DNA of 62,980 nt, counting the filler, from Catajapyx aquilonaris (lineage: Eukaryota): NCBI GenBank assembly GCA_000934665.2. It is 4 parts of 4 records of this genome, joined end to end, with 100 filler letters (N's around TTAATTAATTAA, not from the genome) between each part and the next. Parts side by side here need not be neighbours in the genome. Positions count along the whole stretch, not along the records: positions 31,519 to 47,276 come from JYFJ02007437.1; 3 more parts are not named here. One strand, 5' to 3'. The notes below the pieces were generated by a model. It made no database searches, was not told the origin of the DNA, and worked only from the letters and a program-made list of their open reading frames with translations. This document shows positions 34,192-46,071 of the stretch, piece after piece. How positions within the stretch are numbered: the first letter of the stretch is position 1; each line of letters opens with the position of its first letter. A program made the position numbers and the translations under genes.

Positions 34192-35972
34192 GTGGGGGTA
34201 GTGCTCACCCTCAGGGTATCTGCACGAACCTTTATTTATTATTTTTAGTACAAATTGTACATCGGAACCTTTAACGAAGCTCCCGGGCCCACGGGCAGGA
34301 TGACAGGAGGGCATGTGCAAAGTGCAGTGGAATGTCTTATCCGTGGTCGTTTTGTGAATTCCCCCGGGTGGCTAGTATAGGGTCATTCCATGTGAAATCA
34401 ACCAATTATATATTTGATGGTTGCTCGACCATCTAGTTAATTTTTAATATTTTAATCATGGGTGGCCTTGATATTGACTTTCTCAAAACTATTTTTGTTA
34501 TTTTTTTATCTGCCACCATGTTGGATTTATGCTCATTTTTCTTCACCACAGCGAGCAAAACCGAGCATTTGGAAGGGTTCTGAAACAAGGCTACTATTTG
34601 GTGTCTATTCAAGATAGGATGTTCTGGTTTTCACTTCCTGAATGTAGAGATCTTGGCCTTTCAGAATATGTACATACATGTAGGATAAAACCTTGGTAAC
34701 TGGGACTTTAATTGGCTTCAATATGGCTATCAAAATGAGAAATTTTTCCAATTTCAAAGGCCTGTAAAACCAAAAGGGCTTGAAATCCCAGGGTGGAATA
34801 TTTTTTTTCAATGACTGACTGGAAGGGTATCCAGCCATGGTGAAATAAATCCAGGTTTGCAAGCCCTTCTGGCCGATTTTTCGGTCCAAAATTAGAAAAA
34901 GTTCGAAATTTGCGGATTTCAAGGTCAAATATCTCGAAAGGGAGGCCTGGCAAAATTTTGAAATTTTGGACATGGATACTCCTTCTAGTGCTTAGTTAAA
35001 AACTGCGAAAAAAAACCTTGGGCTTTACACTTTTATGACATCCCGCGGTGCACCTCCTGAGGCTCAACATACGTAAGGGTGAAAGTGGCGTGCAGGCTTC
35101 CCGCCAGCCCGGCGGGGATGTGTGCAGGACGTGCACGCGACTTTCGCCCTTACGTATGTTGAGCCTCGGGAGGTTCACCGAGGGACGTCATAAAAGTGTA
35201 AAGCCCAAGGTTTTTTTCACAGTTTTTAACTAAGCACTAGTAGGAGTGTCCATGGCCAAAATTTCGCCAGGCCTCCCTTTCGAGATATTTGACCTTGAAA
35301 TCCGCAAATTTCGAACTTTTTCTAATTTTGGACCGAAAAATCGGCCAGAAGGGCTTGCAAACCTGGATTTATTTCACCATGGCTGGATACCCTTCCAGTC
35401 AGAGTCCTTGAAAAAAAATATTCCACCCTGGGATTTCAAGCCCTTTTGGTTTTACAGGCCTTTGAAATTGGAAAAATTTCTCATTTTGATAGCCATATTG
35501 AAGCCAATTAAAGTCCCAGTTACCAAGGTTTTATCCTACATGTATGTACATATTCTGAAAGGCCAAGATCTATACTTTCAGGAAGTGAAAACCAGAACAT
35601 CCTATCTTGAATAGACACCAAATAGTAGCCTTGTTTCAGAACCCTTCCAAATGCTCGGTTTTGCTCGCCGTGGTGAAGAAAAATGAGTGTAAATCTAACA
35701 TGGTGGCAGATAAAAAAATAACAAAAATAGTTTTGAGCAAGTCAATATCAAGGCCACCCATGGTGAAAATATTAAAAATTAACTAGATGGTCGAGCAACC
35801 ACCCCTGGCCCATTTCACATGGAATGACCCTATAAGGAGCCACCCAAGACGAAGTCAGAGACGGCCGCTCAACTCTGCACGAGATGAAGGGGGTGTCCCC
35901 GGGCTGGGATCGAACCAGGGACCTTAACATCCGTGGGTGCATACGTTACCGCAGCACCACTCTGCCTCCCCT
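34192..35972 (-). mobile_element. tRNA-derived SINE family B, split by the foldback insertion
   Basis: A and B boxes (TGGTGCTGCGG, GGTTCGATCCC) at about 35960-35905 on the minus strand. The flanks of the foldback join into the same sequence as the intact copy at 37734-38125. Confidence 0.8.
34380..35830. mobile_element. 1451-bp foldback DNA transposon (Sola2-like termini)
   Basis: GGGTCATTCCATGTGAAAT...ATTTCACATGGAATGACCC with TATA on both sides; arms of about 700 bp are nearly perfect reverse complements. Confidence 0.85.
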
Positions 35973-36046
35973 CACCTTCTGTTACAAATTTACAATGTGA
36001 TGTCTTGTCATTCACCAACATTTGACAGTTTAAAATAATTACTGAA

Positions 36047-36292
36047 GCAGGTTGGCATGGTCGATAAGGCGTCCGACTGCTAATCGGGAGGTCCTGGGTT
36101 CGAATCACGTGGCCGACGATCCTGACCTTCGTTTTCTGTGGTTTTCCACGGTCTTCCTAGGATAATTCTGGGCTTGCTTCCGTATAATAGGCCACAGCCG
36201 CTTTCTTCCTTCCCGATCCTTGGAGGTTGAAGAGGCAATGCCGGGCCAACCTCCCTAATATCAATTATAAAGTTTAAAAGAATTGAACTTTG

Positions 36293-36322
<30 letters not shown>
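36047..36322 (+). mobile_element. tRNA-derived SINE family C
   Basis: tRNA-like head with GGTTCGAATC, body GTTTTCTGTGGTTTTCC...AGGCCACAGCCGCTTTCTTCC resembling arthropod SINEs, followed by (GTT)n. Confidence 0.7.
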
Positions 36323-36323
<1 letters not shown>

Positions 36324-36524
36324 ATTTAAAATAACTGCTAATTACAAAGCGCAATTGCACTTTTCACAGCTTTTTCAAAATCGCTCTTAAGCTAAATCGC
36401 TAAAGTGCAGGTTGGTCAGGAGGTCTAGACATAATGACTCCTCCACATAAAATGACCCTCATGTTACCATTGGCCACTGGTATCAGTTTGTCTGTGTTTT
36501 TCATGAAGACCCTGTATACAAGTA

Positions 36525-36743
36525 CAGTCGTGAGCATAAAGGTGTGGACAGTAGTACCGGTACTCCCTAGCTAATACAGGAGCGGCCAGTGTCATCATTA
36601 TGCTATCACCATATGGTATTCTCTTCCATGTCCTAGACTAGTAGGCCTACCCTGGTGCTGTTGGCGATGGGTAGAGGTCATGCAAAGAGCTCCTGGGCAG
36701 AGGAAGATCTCGGCTCTACCGTCCACATCTTTATGCTCGTGTC
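36525..36743. mobile_element. Tc1-like MITE
   Basis: TIR CAGTCGTGAGCATAAAGGTGTGGAC / GTCCACATCTTTATGCTCGTGTCT, TA-flanked. Confidence 0.55.
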
Positions 36744-37324
36744 TATACATGCATGTTGTTTCACAGTGAGTTTACCAAAATCAATAAAAAATAAATATCT
36801 CCAAAATATTGCAATGCACCATTATGGCACATAGCACTACATACTTCTGTGCATAATTACTGTGCACATTGAGGCACTTAGTTTACCACAGCACCAGCTT
36901 TTGTATGGCTCACAGAAGTAGTCTGCCACCAATATTTCAGCCAGTTTGCATGAAAGGATCTTATCCAGTGTAATATTTTGCTCCAAACTTTCTCGAAGGT
37001 TTTTAAAAATTGGGAGTGGTTCCTAACAATGTCAGATGAGAAACTTAAACTCAGTCTTGTTCTACAGATTCAGGTTAGGTAAAAATTTGCATATCAAACT
37101 CTCAACTTTGCAGTTTTTTCCTATTTCAAAACACGATAGTGCTTGCAAGGAAAGTGTTTATTTTTATTTTTCAAGCAATGGTAGGTTGTGACTGATTTTT
37201 TAAAGAGGTCAATTGTTCATGAAAAATGGATTTTTTTTTTTTTTTTTAACCCCGTGCCAGGCATCAATGGCCTATTTGGAGGGTGGCACACCACCATCAG
37301 TTTTCTCTGGCATTTTTCTTCAGT

Positions 37325-37522
37325 CACCGGTGCAAGGAGTCAAGGATGTAGGGTAGGGGNATGTGCTGTCCCCCAGGAGGTTAGGTTGCCAGACACCTCC
37401 TTGGTGCAGGTCAGAGACCCTCCCGACGCAGGTGAAAGGAAAGTTCCCCAGGCGGGGATCGAACCTGGGGCCTTTCACTCAGCAAGCCGTGACGTTACCA
37501 TCACGGCCACCACACCTCCCCG
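37325..37522 (-). mobile_element. tRNA-derived SINE family A, second copy
   Basis: A box TGGCCGTGATGG and B box GGTTCGATCCC on the minus strand; matches 15170-15410. Confidence 0.8.
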
Positions 37523-37728
37523 AAAACTGGAAGTAATGGTAGTAACATGCTGAAAATTACATCCTTCTATTGTATTACCCCATGTTTCATTAATCCAGGG
37601 TGGTCTGAATTCGTACGTTCGTATCGTTCTACTTTGCCCTCTCCCCTCCTCAGAAAACCGCAGATAACCCATCAGTCTTTTCTTGGACAGACTATAGCAA
37701 CTGCTATATTCGACTCCCTGGGGCTCAA

Positions 37729-37733
<5 letters not shown>

Positions 37734-37779
<46 letters not shown>

Positions 37780-38125
37780 TAATTGGGTTAGTGCACCGCC
37801 CTAATTGGGCATCTGGCACGGTACCTTAATTTGCTTAAGATGTACCAGCTTTTTATTACAGGTGGTCCTTTTCCGTATTGCCTGGGTACCACGAGCGAAG
37901 GGGGGATGAATAGGAGGGGATGTGCAATGTGCAGTGCAATGTGTGAACTTGGTCATCTTGTGAACTCCCCCGGGTGGCTTAGTCTGTCGGAAATTGCCAC
38001 CCGAAATGAAGCCAGAGATGGCCCAACTCTGCACAGATAAAGGTGGGAACCCCGGGTGGGTATTGAACCCAGGACCTTAATATCCGTGGGCGCGCGCGTT
38101 ACCGCGACGCCACTTCATCTCCCTT
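37734..38125 (-). mobile_element. tRNA-derived SINE family B, complete with (ATT)n tail
   Basis: 15-bp TSD TGGGGCTCAARTATA (37719-37733 and 38126-38140), tRNA-like head at about 38123-38050, microsatellite tail. Confidence 0.85.
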
Positions 38126-38150
38126 TGGGGCTCAAGTATAGCAGTTGCTA

Positions 38151-38389
38151 TAGTCTGTCCAAGAAAAGACTGATGGGTTATCTGCGGTTTTCTGAGGAGG
38201 GGAGAGGGCAAAGTAGAGTTGCCAGACCCAAAGATGACCCAAAATAGACCATACCCATGTTGAAGAAAAAAAATACCCATCTGGTATCTGTGCAGTAAAC
38301 CGGTAAAACACGAGTTGCAAGGGGGTCGGGTGGAGGGATTAAGAGTTGAGAAAACCCACTAATCCCGTAGTCTTTTCTTGGACAGCCTA
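38151..38389. mobile_element. MITE with TAG...CTA termini (Academ-like)
   Basis: TIR TAGTCTGTCCAAGAAAAGACT / AGTCTTTTCTTGGACAGCCTA; an inverted partial copy lies at about 37628-37694. Confidence 0.55.
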
Positions 38390-39492
38390 TATAGAATGGG
38401 GTACCTGATTAAGGGCACAACGAGCTACAAAAAGCAACTACTATTGGGTCATATCAGTTATTTAAAAACGACCCACGAATATGGAACATCCTGTATTTCT
38501 TGTAGTTAACAATTGTCATCATGAAAAATCAGTCAGCCATTGCTTGAAAAATTAAATTGAAAATTACCTAACATTCCTTGCCCTTCCTGTAATTTAAAGT
38601 GGGAAAGTTGCAAAATTGAGAATTTGAATTGTGGATTTTTGTGTAACCTGAGTCTGGAGAACAAAATTGAGTTACACTTTTTCATCTGACATTAATAGGA
38701 ACAGTTTCCAATAACAATTTTAGCTGTCTGAGGAAAAATGACCCTGGAAAAGATTTTTTTTTTTGTTTTTTTGTTTTTTGTTTTTTGTTTTTTTTTTTTG
38801 TGGTCACTATTATGACTCTTGCCTGCCAAAAACGTCTCAGGTAGGGAAACAAACTATGATTTCCCTCACCAACCGCATCTGTTCAACATTTTCTGTCTTG
38901 GAGATGCGTGAACCCATCCCTGCAATGGCTGCTGTTTGCTCTCTGGTGTGACATGGGAAACCAGGTTTCATCGTACATTGCCTCTCCAGGTCAAGGAGAC
39001 ATTGCCAGAGAGAGAAAATCAAGGGACTATCAACTTCTTATCCATGTTTACACTGGTTGCCTGTCATAGGTGGTCACAGGCTGGTTACTTTTTGATACTT
39101 ATGCCAATTACTCAGAAGCTGTTATCCACCTGGTAAAATTGTGGCTTGTTCCCACATCAAAGCTGTAAAGCATGTTGGCATGCAAATGCCTAATGAGTGA
39201 CCCAGAGGCAACGCATCAAGCAGGACTGGCTAAAAGGCTAGGAGGAAAATTCCTTGTTCAAGGCATCAAAATTTGTTCTCCTATTCTGATCAGTTTTTTA
39301 ATTTATAAGAGGATGATACACAGCAGTAGCTAAATAAATAGGCTGTCATTCTAAAATAGAATTATTGGGGAGAATTGGTTCAACTCTTTTGGCACCCTTA
39401 AAGGTCTTTGCTTTCTGGATATGCTAATACTAATTATGCCATTAATAACATGAGTTAGTTATAAGTTGGGTATTTTGAAACATGTGCATTAA

Positions 39493-39653
39493 GGTGCGTT
39501 TACATGTGAGTGATTTGACGAGTGAATTAGAGCGACGTCTTTGCCAAGGCTGAAATTAACAATCGATTTTCGCCTCAAACAATATTGGTTACTCAGCCTC
39601 GGCGAAGATTTCGCTCTTCTTCGCTTGTCAAATCACTCACATGTAAACACACC
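39493..39653. mobile_element. 161-bp palindromic MITE flanked by TTAA
   Basis: TTAA-GGTGCGTTTACATGTGAGTGATTTGAC...GTCAAATCACTCACATGTAAACACACC-TTAA. Confidence 0.8.
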
Positions 39654-39691
39654 TTAAGGCGAAAAATTTCATTTAAGTTTTTAATTTCTAG

Positions 39692-42600
39692 GACCATGAA
39701 ACAAGGGCTACAGCAGACAATGATGCCCTCACTTATACAAAGCTATTACAAACCCGCTTACATCGTGCTCCACACGTATTTGAAGAAAATGAGAAACTAG
39801 CACGTGAAAACAAAGATCTGTGGTAGGTTTTAGTCATAATTATTTTAAGCAAGTCATAAAGCCCACTTGCCTCATGCAGGGATGCGATGAGCGATAACCT
39901 TGTCCTGAAAGAAGAACTGCATATGGTCAAGGCAACAAATGCCAAACTGGCCAGTCAGTGTGAGGATTTTGACCACGTCAAGGAAGAGGTGAAGTATGTA
40001 AAAGCAAAGCTGAAGTCATGGGAGGAACTGGCTAGAAAGTATGATCCAGATGCAAAATCTATTACTCCAAAAATTTTTGCTGCGAGGGTTAAGGAAATGC
40101 AGCAAAAGGAACTAACCCTGACTTGGGAGATGAAATCAAGGTAAATTGAGTGGCAGGTGTCAACTGGATAAATCTCAAAATAAGCTTTTGAATGCATTTT
40201 AGCTGCAGCGTACAGAACAAGCTCAAGACAGAAGTAGGTGAGCTGAAGAAAAATTTGGCCCAAGTGAGTAAGAGAGAAGATGAGCTGCGTAATTCCCACA
40301 AAAGGTTGCAGAAGAAACTCCTCCTTGTCAGCAAGGTACTGTACTACTTATGCCAGTGTTACTGGTATTCTCTAGCATTAGCATTCAGTTTTATAAATGA
40401 ATCGTTTTCTGGATTCCATGTTGTACAGTGATGGAAATTAATGGTCATGCACAACTAGTACCACCTGGTGGAGCTCCCCCATGTGCTTCAGGTTTGAATC
40501 CCCCCTCCCTCTAAAGCACTCTGAATGTCACTTTATTTATCACGTCACTTCTTCATTGAAAACATAGTTACTTAGGGCCTGTTGTATCAAAGCAAGTTTT
40601 CTCTAAACCTGTGGCAATAAATCCGTGATTAACGAAAAACTCATTGTATCAACGCGAGTTTGCACAAACCTGCAGTTAAATCTCAGGTGAACACTAACCT
40701 CCCGATTTTCTCTGGTTAAGGAGGAAAGCCTGTGGTTTTCTCGTTCGAACACAGCCGTATTTCGACTTATAGAGTGGTTTTTGAGTGTATTTTCAGGTGA
40801 ATAGGCAGGGAATACCTCTGAAATTGTAGCCAGGGGCTGCAAAAAGGACCAGGAGTACACTCGGTAAGACACTGGGGTGAAACCGCCCTGGAAAAGGGCT
40901 GGCAAGGTTCGTGGGCAATATAACGTTTTCTTGGCGGGCACCGAGTCCACTTGCGAGGGGGTCAGACCACCCGGCATCGAGATCAATGATGGTGGCTGCA
41001 CTGTGGGGGCCGCCATGTTGGTTGGGTGACGTGACATTTGGTTGTGTGACGTACATGTCACGTGACATTTACAGCCAATGGGCTACTGCAGCGGTGAGTG
41101 GCAGATGAATTTGGAATAGTCCCTGAGGTAGTCGCACGAGTTTTCAAACCACAGCTTAAGTTCACCTGAGATGTATTGATACAATGCGTGTCGGAGTTTT
41201 CTGAAAATCTCCGGTTTTGAAACCTCGTATTTTCTCCTCATTTAACTCACGTTGATACAACCGACCCTTAATGATGGTGATAGGAGACAGACTAAGAGAG
41301 ATACTGGTCTTTCCTCTCTTCTTTTCCCTCTTCGTTTCTATTTCCATCTGTCCCACCTTTGTGTCTTCTAATAGCCAGATAACGCTAGTTGCTTTGGCTC
41401 CTTCCTAATAAACTGAAACTGAAACTTAATGACGAGGAAGGAGTCAGGTGATGGTCTGCCGATTCAATATTCAGGATGTTGCTCTAGGAGTCTAGGTAGT
41501 CCCCCCACAGAACCAATTCTATTTTTCTTCCCACTTTACTTACAAACGTGTGGTGGAATTTTTATCCCACTGCTAGGTACTGCTAACTTACTACTAAATT
41601 CACGGTGGAAGACCGGATAGGCTCCACCCCCTACCACTGGTCATGGCCAGCTCTGCTGCCAAATGTGGAAGGTTCGATGGTTTATGGAAGGGGACTCCTT
41701 TATTTACCTCTTCTACCCCAATAAACCCTATTGTACCTCTCCCCACATCCATCCCTCCCCTTGAGGCGATTGCCACTCTTGGCAACTCAGCAGGAGTGTG
41801 ACAAGCCTGGAAAAACGGTTAAGCTCTACTCCAATGGTATTTCTCCATAAGCTTTCCCTAATACTACAAAAATGTCGAACGTATTTCCAAACGTGATTTT
41901 TCAGTGGGCAGGGCCTATCCGGTCTTCCACCGTGAATTTAGTAGTAACAGTACAGTGTTGGCACTGGTACTGGAGGCATTTGAAGTTGAGGGGTTAGCCT
42001 ATACATGGGATGTACGTTACATGCCTACTGAATACCATTCTTAAAATCTAAAAATTCTGAATTCTGAAATGTATCTGGTCCAGTACCCTACATTAATGGC
42101 TATGCACAGACATCATCCGGGATTGAGCGAAACTAGGCATCGGTGGGCTGTGTCCAAAATACTTGGATCTCAAAAGACTGCTCACGAGACCGCTCTAGAT
42201 GGCTCAAGATATCACGGTGGATTAACAGGCATTCGCGTGGTCCGTGTAATAACTGGTTCGCAACCTCAATACATTGATAGGAATCGCAATGGCCTTATAA
42301 TTCATCCCACAGATATGTCTGTGATCTGCTGTGATCCATCTTTGTAGCAAGCGTTTGAATCTACCGCGATATCTTGAGCTGTCCCAAGTATTTTGGACGC
42401 AGCCCACCGACACCTAATTCTGTTTGTTCTTGGACAGGTGGCGATGTCTGTGCATAGTCATTAATGCAGGGTACTGTCCCAGGGGTTTTGAATAAGAGAT
42501 TGCGAACCTGTATTATCTTGCAGTTTCACAATCAAGCATGCTATGTGGCTTCATATTTCACAATACTGCTGGTCCACAGGGGTGTAACAATTATTTGGGC

Positions 42601-45600
42601 AACTTCTAGGATGAATTCCTGTTTCATTTTATGTTGAGTTGTCATGTTGTCTGAACAGCCTCATCACCGAAATAATGGGCTTCAGATACAGGGTATAAAA
42701 TACAGTAAAACTTTAAAGTCGAACTTCCCTGAGTCGAAGTTCTCTATAACTCGAAGAAAATGATGAGCTTGGTTGGTTGCAATGTAAAATAATAGGAAAT
42801 AAACTTCCCTAACTCGAAGTGCAGGCAGGGCCTTACGATGGGATATCAATGCATTTTCAGTCTCCCTAAGTCGAAGTTCATGTTGGGGAGTACAGAAAAT
42901 TTTCTCATTTCCCAGCCGAAGGGTCCACATGCACAGAAAGGCTCAATTTCCTGATCTCCGTCTACCAGACGTAACCAAAGAAGTGTTTGACTCGATTGTG
43001 ACAATTGAATCCTTGAATCTAAGATTAGGTTAATGTCCATAACCGAGATATTTTTTGCAACAAAACAACGAGGAACATTGTAAGTGGGATAGTGACAGTT
43101 ATTTTTAAGCTTTGAACGCCTTTTGTTGCTGGATATAAAGGTAGGCTTCCTTACAGAGTTCTGTGCTTTAAAAAATCCAAACTCGAATCTTCTTAACTTG
43201 AAGTTTTTTCCCGGTCCCATGGAGATTCGACTTATAGAAATTTCACTGCATTCAGGCTTACTTGGTGTATCTTGAATACAGCACTGGTCTTGGCTTTTGA
43301 AGCCTCTTGATTCCCTCCCAGGGTTCAATGCAACATCACTGTCTTATGGAGTTACCAAAAGATTGTGATAATGTTAAAATGTGAGATTTGTTATTGTTGA
43401 GAAACAGAAAAAGGTGTATGTCTTGTGGAATAATTGTGCCATGACAGCAATTTTTAAGTTATCGTGTCCCTGTAAAATGATGTAATCTCATTGGTACCTA
43501 CTTTCTCTGCTTGTAGGAAAGAGACAGTTTTCAGGCCGTGCTGAACTCCTACGAAAGTGAAGTGACCATGAGCATGGATGATGCAACCAGGCAACATATC
43601 AATGTCCTTGAACAGCTGCTACGAACATATAGAGAAAGAGACAGTGGGCCACGTTCAGAAGGGACAGATAGACAGGTGTGTAGACTATTTTTATACAGAG
43701 GCATTATAACTTGATAGTGAGTTACTTGATGTACAGGGATTTCAGGTCATCTTGCCACCAGTGGCTACATTGGTCCAAATCAAGTGTAAAATGTGATGAT
43801 GAGAAATAGGCTATTGATACACCAGTGGTAGCAATGTAGATGACAATGAACATTACTTATGACTCAAGCTATGCTCAGGTGCTTATACTGTGTGATTGTG
43901 CATTCGTTCTAGGATAAGGTGCATGGCAGGTGGTCATGTATGTCTAAGGGGCACCCCAATCGTTCATCATTTGGGTCATTCCCACGTGCCACAAAATCTC
44001 GATCTTCAACCATTATTCTGAGGGGCAAAATCAGGATCATTTGGTGACTGTCCCCACGAGCCACGTACTTTTCGTGATTTTCGATAGATGGGTCTGAAAG
44101 CAAGCCCTCCTGCCTGGCGAAAAAATGACTCTTGCTTCGGCTCACAATCAAAGGCATGGGTGACTCTATGATAGGCCTGGCTGTAATAGTATGGTTGCAT
44201 GCTAGATACATTATTGCACAGGCCCTGGCTGCCTGCTAAGCGAAGGGGCAGACAGGGCCGAGCAGAGAGCCGCCATGTTGCTTGGCTAAGAACTGGTCCG
44301 GAGGGGTGAGTGACGTCACATGACTGGAAACCTGGCAATCAACTTCTGCAAGCTGGCTGCCCCAGTCACCTTCGTAAACGCGTTCAGGTGGAGGAATGGC
44401 ATGTGGGAACACTCCAATCGCGTTTTGTGGGGTTAAGGATCATGATCCCTGTGGCACATGGGAATGTCCTTATGTTGTTCCTTGTTGGTGTCTCAACACC
44501 CCCTGTGTTTATACCAATCACCCCTCATTTTATTTTATACCAAATAATGAATCTAGTCACTGGCAATGGATGATGTGTGGGTCTGACTGACCCTGTATAA
44601 AGTATTAAAGTCTGACCATTTTCAGAAAGGGACCTACCCCACACCTCCTCTCCCTCCCACCTAATGAGCTTCACATGAAGGGCTCAGGAGAAAAACATGT
44701 TAACAGTCAGTGGGATGTGCAAAAAGTTCTGTGCCTGAATTTTTTCGTGGAAACAAATGACAATGATTGTCTGAAATAGTTAATAGCTGGGGAACAATGC
44801 ATTTTTTGTAGTGTCTGATATTGTATACTATAGAGTAAAATGTTGCGCATAGTCTATTAGAATCTGAAAGTGGAAATTTGTAACAATTTTTTGTCCTGCT
44901 GGCAACAAGAGGTAGTATTGGGTCTGGCTATAAAATACTGCAGTGGCAACACTTCTACAATATAAGTATGAGATTTGTCATCACAAACATTAGCTTCACA
45001 CCCATTGAATAAACAGGGTGTTCCAAATTCATGGGTAATTTTTTAAATAACTGATATTACCTGAAAGTAGTTATATTTTGTAACTTGTTGTGCCCCTAAC
45101 CAGGTGCCCCATTTTATATCAACCGCTATATTCGATTTTGGTCCTTTCAGGACCACAAAACTACTCTGCAAAAAGCAAACATACCTCTGAAGGAATAGGT
45201 CCAGAATAGACCCAAGAAGACCTGAGATTGCTTCAAAAAGTTCAAAAACTTTAAAATGGCCAAATAGGCATGCATAGGTGCAAAAAGCCAGAATATGCAA
45301 AATAGTTCCCAAAACCATGAAATAGGAAATTTTAGGCATATGAACCCTACATTTTTCACATCCTGCACTTATGAAATTGGTAGATCTCTTCACTAAACCA
45401 TCCCAACTGTAAAGGAACTAAATAGGCATTTGCCTAAAAATCCGGACTAGTTATTATTCAATACGTTTGCTTCTTTAGGATATTCCTGCATATGTAGGTG
45501 AACTACAAAATGAGGTCCAAAAATTGGAAACAGAAGTACAACAACTCATCAGTGAGAAGGACTCCCTGCATAAGGAGAAGGAAGACCTGCGCATAGAAAA

Positions 45601-45681
45601 GGACAACCTCCTGATGGAATTGGAGCGACGTGCAATGAAGGGGGATTATGATCCCTTGAAGACCAAAGTTATCCACATGAA
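39692..45681 (+). CDS. MAD1L1: Mitotic spindle assembly checkpoint protein MAD1, five internal exons (partial gene)
   Basis: Exons 39692-39822, 39880-40140, 40203-40335, 43517-43675, 45479-45681, GT-AG with consistent phases. Coiled coil with KLKSWE, RLQKKLLLVSK|ERDSFQAVLNSYESEVT and LERRAMKGDYDPLKTKVIHM (Mad2-binding region). 5' and 3' exons were not found in this piece. Confidence 0.92.
40575..41267. mobile_element. PIF/Harbinger-type non-autonomous element
   Basis: TIR GGGCCTGTTGTATCAA / TTGATACAACCGACCC with 3-bp TSD TTA. Confidence 0.75.
41591..41944. mobile_element. MITE, TA-flanked
   Basis: Perfect TIR CTACTAAATTCACGGTGGAAGACCGGATAGG. Confidence 0.8.
42081..42476. mobile_element. Foldback MITE with possible 2-bp TSD (CMC/EnSpm-like)
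   Basis: CAGTACCCT.CATTAATG termini, long degenerate arms, TC on both sides. Confidence 0.65.
42703..43248. mobile_element. pogo/Tigger-like MITE
   Basis: TA-CAGTAAAA...TTTCACTG termini with repeated TCGAA subterminal motifs. Confidence 0.55.
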
Positions 45682-45706
45682 GTAAGTAACTAGGGGTAGG
45701 TTTATA

Positions 45707-46071
45707 CAGGGTGATCAAACTTTTTTGTCGTTTTAGTTATTGACAAATTCAGTCTAAGCTGCTTATATTGTAGCCCGTTACCTGGCAACCCCGTCTGGCG
45801 GGCCAATTCGAACATCAGCCCATGGAGAGGGCTTCCATTGTTGCCACTGTTTACAAATCGAGTGAGTGAGTGCGCAGGCAGAAGAGACCCGTCGCTGGGT
45901 CGTCTGCGTCACTCACTCGATTTGTAAACAGTGGCAACAATGGAAGCGCTCTCCATGGGCTGATGTTTGAATTGGCCCGCCGGACAGGGTTGCCAGGTAA
46001 CAGGCTACAATATAAGCAGCTTAGGCCGAATTTGTCAATAACTAAAACGACAAAAAAGTTTGATCACCCTG
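45707..46071. mobile_element. 365-bp near-perfect palindromic Tc1/mariner-type MITE
   Basis: TA-CAGGGTGATCAAAC...GTTTGATCACCCTG-TA with arms of about 165 bp. Confidence 0.88.

Larger units (their letters stand above)
33682..36514. mobile_element. Old Tc1/mariner-type MITE hosting nested SINEs and a foldback
   Basis: CAGGGTGTTCATGAAAAACAC at 33682 matches GTGTTTTTCATGAAGACCCTG ending 36514; about 100 bp of degenerate TIR. Confidence 0.65.

Noticed and set aside
33966..34320. Poly-Ile/Asn/Tyr ORFs
   Set aside because: Translations of the AAT/ATT microsatellite.
34605..35614. Two near-identical 122-aa ORFs on opposite strands
   Set aside because: Mirror images produced by the foldback arms; no protein motif.
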